Below, in pieces: positions 32,263 to 42,914 of a DNA stretch of 64,000 nucleotides (position 1 is the stretch's first letter; the number at the start of each line of letters is the position of its first letter). A model generated the notes under the pieces. That model had not been told where the DNA came from. It worked only from the letters and a program-made list of their open reading frames with translations, and did no database searches. The DNA is from Octopus vulgaris (taxonomy: Eukaryota): contig OX597826.1 in assembly GCA_951406725.2 (NCBI GenBank), forward strand, positions 19,964,001 to 20,028,000. The letters are read 5' to 3'. A program made the translations under genes and the position numbers.

Positions 32263-32398
32263 CATGGTCAGCTATGTTACTGTGGCAACACTTATGAGAC
32301 ATATGGTCCTTTAGGCGGAGATCATTGTGGCATGGAATGTGCTGGAGATCCTACGGAATTCTGTGGAGGGTACCTTGCTAATTCGGTTTTTAGTACAC
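32263..32398 (+). CDS. Exon: WSC domain 2, C-half (phase 0-1)
   Basis: aaatttAG|CATGGT...ACAC|GTGAGT; 136 nt; HGQLCYCGNTYETYGPLGGDHCGMECAGDPTEFCGGYLANSVFST. Confidence 0.9.
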
Positions 32399-32472
32399 GT
32401 GAGTATTATTTCGTTCTGCGTTGATTTTATTTTATTAAGACAGCCAAAGTAGAAAGATCGTACATAAGTTAG

Positions 32473-32566
32473 GTGATGATGACGATGATGAGGAGGAGGA
32501 GGTGGAGGAGGAGAAGGAGCAGGAGAAGGAGCAGGAGCAGGAGCAGGAGGAGGAGTGGGAGGAGGA
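32473..32566. repeat. (GAT)/(GAG)/(GAGCAG) purine-rich simple repeat, intronic
   Basis: Direct read. Confidence 0.85.
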
Positions 32567-33411
32567 TTTGATATTATTGATTGTCGATAGCAAACGTTTC
32601 ATGAACTAAATTATTGTACTTGTACTAATGAGTGCTAATGAGCAGAAAAGAAAAAAGAGATGATGTTCAAGCCAGAAATTTGAGTTTGAATATTCAGTGA
32701 TCCTCCAATCCTTTTTCCAGTTTTCTGATCCTATCAGGGAAAACTATAACTTTCTCTTCCGGAAAGGATTTCGTTCATTCACTTCAACACGACAGACTTT
32801 TCCATCATTCTCTTAGTAAGTGGAACTCCATTCTCAAGGAAATGGAGGGAACAACATTTAATATTCGAACTTGGCACTATGTCATCGACAAATGAACGTT
32901 TATCCTTCCACTCCTATACACACACACACACACATCCTTCTAACCTTATACATATGTATGTCATTATTCAGTTTAATTTCAAGATTTCTTGCCAATAGAT
33001 AAAGAGCCGGTTTCTAACCTAGATCCAACGCTCATTCATTGGAACAACATCAACAGGGTATTTTTGTATGTATGTATGTATGTATGTATGTAATCTGGAT
33101 AGAATAACTGCAAATTTTCGATAGTTCAGTACAGGTATTTTCTTTTTATGTCAATATCCGTTGGGTAGCTGATTTCCACAGCTGTACACAGTTTCTCTTC
33201 TCTATCTCAAATCATTATGTTAGGTCTATTGTATTTACATTTTTAAGAAAAATTATCTCCTGCCGAACACGAACAATATAGTAATTATATTCTACCAAAG
33301 AAGCCAGGTGAGATTTGTTTTGATGCAACAATATTTTATCAAAAATTTTCAGTGAAAGAAGTTCCCTGTTTAATATTCGCTGGCAATGTTTAAATTTGGT
33401 CAAAAAAGGTA

Positions 33412-33545
33412 ATGAAGATTTCGTTACACATGCCGGAATGGTATGATAAATTCCAATTCAGTGAGTTGACCCCGGACATGTTTAAGTCTTTAATTTTTGT
33501 TCAAGGGCTTACGGATATTTACAAAAGGAGAACAGGACCAAAATT
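33412..33545 (+). mobile_element. Short Gypsy gag-like relic
   Basis: Translates across a frameshift to EDFVTHAGMV../DKFQFSELTPDMFKSLIFVQGLT, which resembles K02A2.6-type Gypsy gag. Confidence 0.4.
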
Positions 33546-34396
33546 TAACTCTGTATTATAGCCATACTGAAAGAAACAGTAGGGAAGTCACGCGCGAAAG
33601 GGATTGCGATAGGTACCTTTATTTCCAGTCAATGTCTAGTTAATTACTTTAACTACCACCTTAAAAGTAAGATCAGGCTGGAAAAGTGATACCTGACACA
33701 TAGCACGTTCCGTAAAAGATGGCAGAATGTGGGGAGAAAGTTGAGGATAAATGGAGCTGGCTAGGCAGCCATGCAACCGGGATAAAATGAAACGTCAGTC
33801 AACGGCTCTGGGCCTATGAGCCCAGGTAACTTTCATGTGACATGTGTAAATATTTATTTATAATTTCATTATTTTAAATCGAAATTTTTGAAAAAGGAAA
33901 ATACGAACTCTTTATGTTTTGTCTGTCGTTGTACTGTCCCCTCTTCGTTATGCCCAGTGTAGCAAATAAAGAAAAAGTTCGTGTCGGAGGGTGCTAGTTC
34001 CACAGTCATGTATTGATAATTCAAAGTTCACAATTCGAGCTAGCACGTTGGATTGTTGGTTCTTAAAAGATTGTTGTTACGTTACGTGTGGTTACTGCTG
34101 TTTGTTTCGATTATATTGTTATTACACTGTTGCAGTGTATTCATTTATCGATAAAGATATAACAACGCCTGTGGAATACTCAACTCCTTTGCAATGAGCT
34201 TAATAGCTTATTTGTTCGAACTCATAATCGTAAATTCTGACTGAGATATGTATATACATGTGAATGTATGTGTGTGCATGTACATGTGTGTGTATTCCTA
34301 TATAAATATATGTATGAGTGTATGTGTTTGTGTTTGTACTTTATATGTTACAACCTTCTCATTGTTAAAAGGCATCTCTTTTGTTGGTATTTTCAG

Positions 34397-34414
34397 ATTT
34401 TAATGAGAAATAAG
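34397..34414 (+). CDS. Putative 18-nt terminal coding micro-exon containing the stop codon
   Basis: ggtattttcAG|ATTTTAATGAGAAATAAG|GTAAGT; phase-1 entry gives (H)FNEK*. Confidence 0.6.
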
Positions 34415-35288
34415 GTAAGTTTATAAAAGCAGCAAAATTTCGTTGCCTTTTTTGCTCGTATACTTTCTGTCTTTTCTATCCAAATTATTTGTCGTCTCCA
34501 CATTTATTCTGAAAACCATAACTCTAATTAATAAATATATCGATGATAGTTATTGCCACTCTGAGTTAAAAAGGATTCAGTTATAGAATGTAACTGTCAA
34601 TCTAAGTGAGACACAGCTACCTAAAAAAGTTACTTAGCCAAGTGCCATATGTCCATCTTGCAATATATAATTACACAGAAATTAATTTGTTACCTTTGTC
34701 TTTTGCTCATGTTATATTTCACAATATGTATCGATAATTGATCCAGAGAACTTGGTGTAGTATTCTAAACATCAGGTATAAAATAAGAAAATCACCCAAA
34801 CTATCGTAGTTGAATAACAGTTATGCCATTATTCAAACAAATGCTAGTTAATTCAGTTGGAAACATCTCATCAAGGCTTTATCTATGAATTGAATTAATT
34901 ACACCGGCGCTGCTCCAGCATAGCCACGGCCTTTAGGCTGGAACATATGAAAGAAATAAAAGATATATATTGAAGTTCATTTATTTACATGTTTAAAAAA
35001 TTCTTGTGGAATATAGTATTCAAATATATTCCGAAATCTGTACAACTTCGGTTTCAATAATACTGTACATCGTATATATACATACTTACATATGGAATAT
35101 AAAGACATAAGAGAAAGAAAATGGAAATTACAAGTCTCTTTATTCACGACTACGTTTCGACCTTTCATGTAGGCGAGATTTTGTGACATCAGGTAACTGA
35201 ATACTGCGAACAGGCTTTAAACAACATACTACAAAGTGTATATCCAAATATGAATTATTATATATGTGATATATGTATATATGTATGT

Positions 35289-35365
35289 ATCTTGACCGAT
35301 CACCAAAGTTAAGCAACGTTGAGCTTTGTTAGTAGTTAGATGGGAGAAACCTTGAGAAACCTTGG
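35289..35365 (+). pseudogene. 5S rRNA-derived fragment (internal control region)
   Basis: CCGATCACCAAAGTTAAGCAACGTTGAGCTTTGTTAGTAGTTAGATGGGAGA resembles invertebrate 5S (…CCGATCACCGAAGTTAAGCAACGTCGAGC…TTAGTACTTGGATGGG…), covering boxes A to C; both ends are missing. Confidence 0.7.
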
Positions 35366-35771
35366 AAAACTACCTTAAAAGATAAAAACATATATATATA
35401 TATATATATGATTCCCTAACTAGACAAGTATATAACAACATGACAGCCTACACTCGGTTAAATCCATACTTATGTGTAGATGTACCCGAGTGATCCAGAC
35501 TGCAAGATGGATGCGACACGTTGAACGGAGTCCTAACATTAAAGGACAGTAGCAAGATGGGTGGAAACGATCATTGTACTAAATAAAGACTGATACCAAA
35601 TCCATCTTCTGGTTACTTAATCAATTATTATTATCTCAACTAACATTGCGGAGTCCCTGGAGTAGATCCAACGGAAATATACTCCGACTGCGGATGACAC
35701 CAGGTAGCACAAACTGTGCCAGTGCTCTACTCGACACTTCAACACACTAATCGACATATACCCATTAGTCC

Positions 35772-36215
<444 letters not shown>

Positions 36216-36249
36216 CAAAAATATATATAGGAAAAGTCATTTTAATCCA

Positions 36250-36420
36250 AACGATTAAATAATTAAATTTAGAAAATTAGAAGAAAGTTTTTAAAGGAAT
36301 ATTTCTAAGTAGTGTTCAGACGAACAAAAGACACAACAGAGAAAGGCGTGAACACTACTATAGAAATATTCCTTTAAAAACTTTTCTTCTAATTTTTCTA
36401 AATTTAATTATTTAATCGTT
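36250..36420. repeat. Inverted repeat, ~70-bp arms with a 30-bp spacer
   Basis: AACGATTAAATAATTAAATTTAGAAAA...AGTAGTGTTCA versus TGAACACTACT...TCTAAATTTAATTATTTAATCGTT. Confidence 0.85.
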
Positions 36421-36498
36421 ACGTGAAAAACTATAAAAATCTTATTTTCTATTTTGACTTGTTTTTTCATATATATCAACTCGTGTGTTCCTTTCCAC

Positions 36499-36576
<78 letters not shown>

Positions 36577-36647
36577 AAGTTAATCCAAACAAGAAAGACG
36601 ACGTGGAACAAATATAGTATTATTGGAAGGAAAGAAGGAAGGAGGGG

Positions 36648-36682
36648 GTTTAACGTTTCGAGCGGAGCTCTTCGTCGGAAAC
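36648..36682 (-). ncRNA. Ultra-compact hammerhead-like motif with variant core
   Basis: Minus strand: GTTT-CCGACGA-a-GAGC-tcc-GCTC-GAAA-CG-TT-AAAC. Confidence 0.45.
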
Positions 36683-37049
36683 ATAGGAGAAGGAAAGATC
36701 CAGAGAAGGGAAGACAGAGGGAAAAAAATCGCCAACGGTACACCCGAAGTCACAGGGTAATTAGTAGCATCCAGCAGTGCTAGAAATAAATCAATACGAC
36801 TCAATAGCCACAAATGCACTTAATGACTGACAAGGGGGATATTTTCCCTGGTGGTCGCCGCCAGATCGCCGGCGATTTCGAATTTTGATGCAGAGCATCT
36901 TCATTCTCATCAGTGGCTCTTACTGCACCAGCACCTAGGATTAAACTCAACCCACCTTTTCAGCTTATAAGAAAACGCTGATTTCAAAAACGGTAAAGGT
37001 GAAAGCTATAAATAACATGGGTGACTTATTAGCAATTTATCAACCTAAA

Positions 37050-37400
37050 GGCAAATTTATTTAGAAGTCGTCCTTAAAGTGGACAGTTTCAGACCCATTT
37101 TCAGAGGATGGATTGCTGCAATGCACAGCGGCACCGGATCAGTGGTCAAAGTAAACGGCCATCTATCGGATCTGTTTAGCATCACACTCAATCCGTGAGG
37201 GCTACTCGCTGTCCCCTCTTCTGTAGGTGCTGGCTCTCGAGTCACTGCTTCAGAAGTTGGAACATTTGGGGGGCATCTCTTTCGAAATGGGACTCGGAAG
37301 GAAAGTTTCGGCATTTACGGACGAAATCACCGTCTTGGTGTTGGACGCCTCCGAAGTGGAGCCGATCGGCTCTATTCTAGAGGAGTCGGTTCCAGGGGCC
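37050..37400 (+). mobile_element. Tx1/L1-clade RT fragment
   Basis: WIAAMHS...VKVNGHLS and VSAFTDEITV; homologous to 55350-55630. Confidence 0.7.
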
Positions 37401-37404
37401 AAAA

Positions 37405-38160
37405 TCAGAATGAAGCTTTTTACGTCTTTCATGGTTTTCAACGAGCTTTAGCTTCCAGTCGTTAAATGTTTCAATATATTTTTCCAGTCCAATTGTGGTG
37501 GTTTTGTAGGAGATTTTAAATTGGATCAAGCCTCGACTTTCTTGAGCTCTGGGTAGGTAAAGACGATCTGCATCTGCCTTTGGGTGGTGCGTCTTTTTGC
37601 AAGTCAGCAGCTTACAGAGTTTCCGGTCAATCTTCCTTATTTCGCTCATATTCCAGTTCAACACATTGAAACCGTAACTATCAACAGGAACTGCTAAGGA
37701 ACCTTGTTGCGTGCATTTAACTCGGATTTTAGGACTGCGCGAGCTCTCCTGTAACACTCCTTCCTGATCTTCTCTTTCATACTTGCATGTTGAATGCCAG
37801 AGCCCTCATTTATTCCGAGGTATTTGTGAGATTGTATTTCCTCGACTTCTTTTATGACTGTGTCAACATCCAACACCACTGAATGCGAGGTCTTCAATTT
37901 CCCTTTCTGGTAAGTGGCCTTGGCACATTTATCAAGACCAAATTCCATCCCGATGTCATCACTGAATGCTTTCACAGTACGTAGTAATCCTTCAAGTTCA
38001 TTGTCGTCCTTGCCATAGAGTTTTAAGTCATCCATATAAATTGGATGACTTATTTTTTTGTCGCCAATTTTGTATCCCTACCCTGTTCTGTTGAGTTCGC
38101 TTGTAAAGGGTATTAGGGCTATGCAGCGGACACCCTTTTTGTAATTAATCCATCCCGAAC
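37405..38160 (-). mobile_element. R4/Dong-clade RT fragment (family 3)
   Basis: MDDLKLYGK...FGLDKCAK...KYLG...KEKIRKECYRR and HHPKADADRLYLPR. Confidence 0.85.
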
Positions 38161-38169
38161 TAAGATTTC

Positions 38170-38212
<43 letters not shown>

Positions 38213-38227
38213 ACTACTACTACTTCC

Positions 38228-38277
<50 letters not shown>

Positions 38278-38329
38278 CACCATACAACTACTACTACTAC
38301 TAACACTACTACTATATGAAAACACACAG

Positions 38330-38975
38330 CTTATTTTGATGGATATGATGAGAAGTTTCTGCTGTCTATAGCCAGAAGACTAAGGTAACACTTGTTTACT
38401 GGTCAGGCTTCAAGAACCCTTGCGAAGAATTCTTGCAGTTCCAAGCAGTGACGATGTCTGTGGCTGTTCTACATTCACACTTGCACCAATATTTTTCACC
38501 ATGTTGGTAGTTGAGTGTTAATACTTCCAAATGCACCAATCACTATTGGTATCACGTCTACTCTCTTAATTCACCAAAACCTTCGCATTTCTCACTTCAA
38601 ATCGTCATGGTCGTTTTTTTTTTCTTCTTGTCCCTGTTGTGACCGGGACATGCTATGTTGATTATGTCCCCGTGGTCTTTCTTTTTTATTCACCACAACA
38701 ATGTCCGGTTTCCGAAGGCGGGTGATCGCACTGGATCATTGCATCCCACAGGATTTTGCAATTCTCAATTTCGGTGACACCTTCTGGATTTTTCTCATAC
38801 CATGGCTTTGCTCTTTGTGGGCCGTGATTTCCACAGAGCTCCCAATGGATCGTTCTTGCCACAATGTCATGGCGTTTCTTGTATTCGCGTTGTGACAATT
38901 TCGGGCATTCGCTAACGATGTGCAATACCGTTTCACCCTTATCACCACACATTCTGCATTTATCGCTATCGGTTA
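38330..38975 (-). mobile_element. R4/Dong-clade 3' fragment (zinc knuckle and RLE)
   Basis: CRMCGDKGETVLHIVSECPKLSQREYKKRHD...KILWD; bounded by (TTA)n at 38976-39050. Confidence 0.8.
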
Positions 38976-38984
38976 CTATTATTA

Positions 38985-39042
<58 letters not shown>

Positions 39043-39051
39043 CATTATTAT

Positions 39052-39200
39052 CGTTTATGGACGCATTAAGAGGCATCCCGCGTGATCTAGGATGTGAGAG
39101 AAGTGTGTCAGCTAACCCTGATGATGTCACCGTCATAATGTCGAGCCGCAGTGTTTATATTATTGGGCATTGTTGTGTGGCTTCTATCTACATTTTCCTG

Positions 39201-39276
<76 letters not shown>

Positions 39277-40660
39277 TTATTATCATTATTATCGTTTATG
39301 GACGCATTAAGAGGCATCCCGCGTGATCTAGGATGTGAGAGAAGTGTGTCAGCTAACCCTGATGATGTCACCGTCATAATGTCGAGCCGCAGGCATAAGA
39401 CCTGATTGGCAAAACACTACAAGAATATGAAACGGTGACAGGAACAAAAATTAACACGGAAAAGTCAGTGGGCTTGCAACTTGGCACCTGGAGAGGTAAG
39501 TCCATGCCGTCCCACGGTGTCGTGGGGCACTGGAACGACGGTCCCGTTAAGTTGCTCGGAGTCTGGTTTGGTCCGGACTTCCAGGTGGAGAAGAACTGGG
39601 ACGAGATAGCGAGCAGGGTTGTAAATCTAACCCAGAAATGGAACGAGAGGAAGCTGCCCTAGAAAGGTCGAGCGGAGGTGGCGAATGCGTACATTACATA
39701 CGTCATCTATTACCGCTTGACTGTCGTTCATTGTCCTGTTTACTGGATGACGAAGCTGGTGCGCTTACTCTTCCACTTTCCACTGGTCAGGCGCTCCATC
39801 TGCTGTCAACAGCCGCTTAATGGAGGGCTGGGCATGCTGTGGTTACTGATGCGGAGACATGCGCTGAGGTTGCGGCATCCCCAACGTTTCCTTGGCGGTA
39901 AGCAGGTGAGGTCACCTTTTGTAAGAGACACTTTCCCACAGCTCCTCTCTTTAACTGAGCTGTAATCCCGGATTAAGCGTAGACCGAGGAGGGATGCTTG
40001 GCACCTCGAGTGCCATCAAGTGCTGGCAGCCCTCCGTTCCATAGAGGGCTAGTTGAGGGAAAGTGCGACGACGTTCTTGGTGAAACTTTGGGCGTCGATG
40101 ACGATCAACTAACCGGTCTGTTCCGCAGAACTTTCGGGTCTGGGCCTATGGATAACTTCCAGAAACCCCTTACCTGGCTATGCTACCGACGGTGCTGCCT
40201 GTTCGGGATAAACTTTACAGACACGGTAGTGCCGTCAGCCGGGCCTGCCTGAGTTGCGCCCAGAACGATGAAACCGTTCTACACGCCTTAGTCCAGTGCC
40301 CGAGTATTACTGACCTGTAGGTTTATGTTTAACACCTGCTGTCGCGTGTAGGACGGATCTGGCTATCAGCTGAATCCATTGTGAAGATTGCCCCGCCACT
40401 CTCTTTTGGCCGGGAGGGACAGGCAATTTGTCTTGTGGCTGTAGAGAAAGAGGTAGTATGGTGGACCCGTTTAAAAGGGCTGAAGACAGACACTTTCCTC
40501 TTTGGCCAAACCCTCATTAACTTTTTCAAGTTTCACATGAAACGGAAGTTGAGGGCAGAGAGGGAAGTGTTGCCTTGTAGCAAGTTTGTTGAAAGGTGGG
40601 TGAATGTTGGAAGAATGACCAGTGTGAAATGACCGATTCCGAGCATGCACTGGCGAAAAA
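39052..40660 (+). mobile_element. 5'-truncated Tx1/L1-clade LINE with a duplicated 5' junction
   Basis: SANPDDVTV (degenerate YADD), KINTEKS, VKLLGVWFG, GGLG. The 100-bp junction segment occurs at 39052-39151 and again at 39293-39392. Confidence 0.82.
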
Positions 40661-41029
40661 AATAAGGAAGAATATACATATTCATAGTTATTGTAAATTA
40701 TTTCTCGTACTCATTTTTATTTTTTTCTTGTGGTTCCACACATGAGTTTTAAATTGTGGGGATTAAGAGTTATCTTGTTACGAATCGTTCTCGCCAATGC
40801 ATCATGTTTTCGTAAGAAAACATTCTCTCACAGTTAGCAATGGCTTGTTAAGGTCTTCTGCTTCGTCTTATGCAGCCTACACTCGTTTGTATGTCAACAT
40901 TTTATACCTCTCTTCGGGCCTTCTGCCTAGAGTAGAAAAGAACATCTTATACCCCTTATACCGTAGGTACTTTCATCAGATTAACAAGTAACCGGTTAAT
41001 ATACATTTACAAACATTTCACTGAAGTCA

Positions 41030-41190
41030 AAACGTTAGCACACCGGGCGAAATGCGTAGCCGTAATTCGTCTGCTGTTACGTTGTGAGTTCAAATTCCGC
41101 CGAGGTTGACTTTGCCTTTTATCCTTTCGGAGTCGATAAATTAAGTACCAGTTACGCACTGGAGTCGATGTAATCGACTTAATACCTATG
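41030..41190 (+). mobile_element. Deu/Nin-domain SINE fragment
   Basis: Near-identical to 27372-27525. Confidence 0.8.
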
Positions 41191-42441
41191 TGAAATCTGA
41201 ACCGTTCTCAGGAGAAATGACGACCGAAAATGTTGGGAATAAGGACGAAGTCTTTTGAAATTTTGAAATGAAAAATTATTGTTTTCTCAGGCTGATATTC
41301 ATCATTACTGACTTTCAATTTGTCTCACTCACACTTGTATGATTCAAAGAATTAATATACATTAACTAGTACCAAACATTTCACTGAAATCTGAACCGTT
41401 CTCAGGAGAAATGACGACCGAAAATGTTGGGAATAAGGACGAAGTCTTTTGAAATTTTGAAATGAAAAATTATTGTTTTCTCAGGCTGATATTCATCATT
41501 ACTGACTTTCAATTTTTCTCACTTTTATTTGTCAGGCCAGCCTACGCGCGGTTAAGAGTGTGGTTGTTACTTTCTGTTTCTTCCTTTCTGTTTTTTATCA
41601 CCACATTCTCCCTCTTTGTTTCTCTCTCCTTTCTCTCTCACTTTCCCACTCACTTACTCTTCCGTTCTCTCGGACTCTCCCTCGCTTTCTCTTACTTTCT
41701 ATCCTTCTCTATCTATCTCTCTCCCATTTATAAACAACAAAGATCTTGAGTAAGTTGAGAAATAAAAATATTTTGAAAGATCAATCATAAATATCAGGCA
41801 GTGACAACGGAAAGGTCTGCTTCAGGGCAGACAGCAAAACACTAGCATTTAAAAGGGACAGACGAACTTGCGGGCTGAATAAAAAGGAAAAAATATTGGA
41901 AACCAAAGTTTGAAGGGATAGAATCTTAGGATAGTAGACTCGCCATGGCTGACATTTCTTAACGACGGACAGCAACGTAATGGCAGTTTAACGGCTGACG
42001 TAAAATTTTGAACTTGATGTAAATGAAAATTCCTAAACACCAAGTTTTGAAGTGATTCTTTCTCACGACAGTAGACTCACCATGGCAAGCATTCAAAACT
42101 TCTTCATCATGGACGGCAACACATTGACGATTTAAAGGCTGGCGCAAATTTTTTAACTTGATGTAACAGAGAATTCCTAAACACCCGCTCCTGTAAATTT
42201 TGATCCCCTTCCAGCCTATTTACACCCCTTTTCGCATTTTGGTTAATATAACCCGATTTCATTCGGGTCTACTCAGGCCACATTTAGTAAGATGAGGAAT
42301 GTTTTCCTAGAGGTTACGCCTTTCATTTGAGGAAATAAATAGTTGCCATGCAAACTTGCCAGCACTTTTAACATAGGTGTGCATATTTTCAGCTCAACCA
42401 ACCACATAATGCACACATTATGTATATATATATATATATGA

Positions 42442-42527
<86 letters not shown>

Positions 42528-42540
42528 CGGGATATATATA

Positions 42541-42610
42541 AAGGCGGAGCTCCAACATGGCCGCAGTCAAATGACTGAAACAAGTAAAAGAGTAAAAGTG
42601 TAAAAGAGTA
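42541..42610 (+). mobile_element. OR1-like SINE 3' end
   Basis: AAGGCGGAGCTCCAACATGGCCGCAGTCAAATGACTGAAACAAGTAAAAGAG. Confidence 0.75.
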
Positions 42611-42650
42611 TATATACTCATTAAATATATATATGTACATATACACGCAG

Positions 42651-42701
<51 letters not shown>

Positions 42702-42832
42702 TTGTACGCTTTATATATACAAAGGTATACAAATTATATATATATATATAAATATAGATATATACACTTTGTATATATACATTATATATACATATTTATA
42801 TATAGAACACACATATATAAATTAACACAATA

Positions 42833-42914
42833 ATTATCGCCAGCACCACCACCACACAATCATGAGAACAAATATTTGTTCTCATGATTGTGTGGTGGTG
42901 GTCCTGGCGATAAT
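42833..42914. repeat. 82-bp spacerless palindrome (one mismatch)
   Basis: ATTATCGCCAGcACCACCACCACACAATCATGAGAACAAAT|ATTTGTTCTCATGATTGTGTGGTGGTGGTcCTGGCGATAAT. Confidence 0.92.

Larger units (their letters stand above)
16499..34414 (+). other. Multi-exon gene span: PAN/Apple x2 - Thr-rich linker - WSC x2 protein (5' exons not located)
   Basis: Nine AG/GT-bounded exons with compatible phases join into one stop-free frame ending ...NSVFSTHFNEK*. A tenth, half-WSC exon at 27742-27866 cannot be co-included with 30656-30786. Confidence 0.85.

Noticed and set aside
32473-32566. Acidic D/E-rich coding extension of the WSC gene
   Set aside because: It lies after a good GTGAGT donor, lacks a convincing acceptor, and is best read as a simple repeat
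39118-39124. CTGATGA in a duplicated unit (possible tandem hammerheads)
   Set aside because: No stem II or GAAA follows; it is the degenerate RT (Y)ADD codons of Tx1
41191-41520. Repeat-spacer-repeat pattern as a CRISPR array
   Set aside because: The repeats are about 130 bp, the context is eukaryotic and there are no cas genes; it is a satellite duplication
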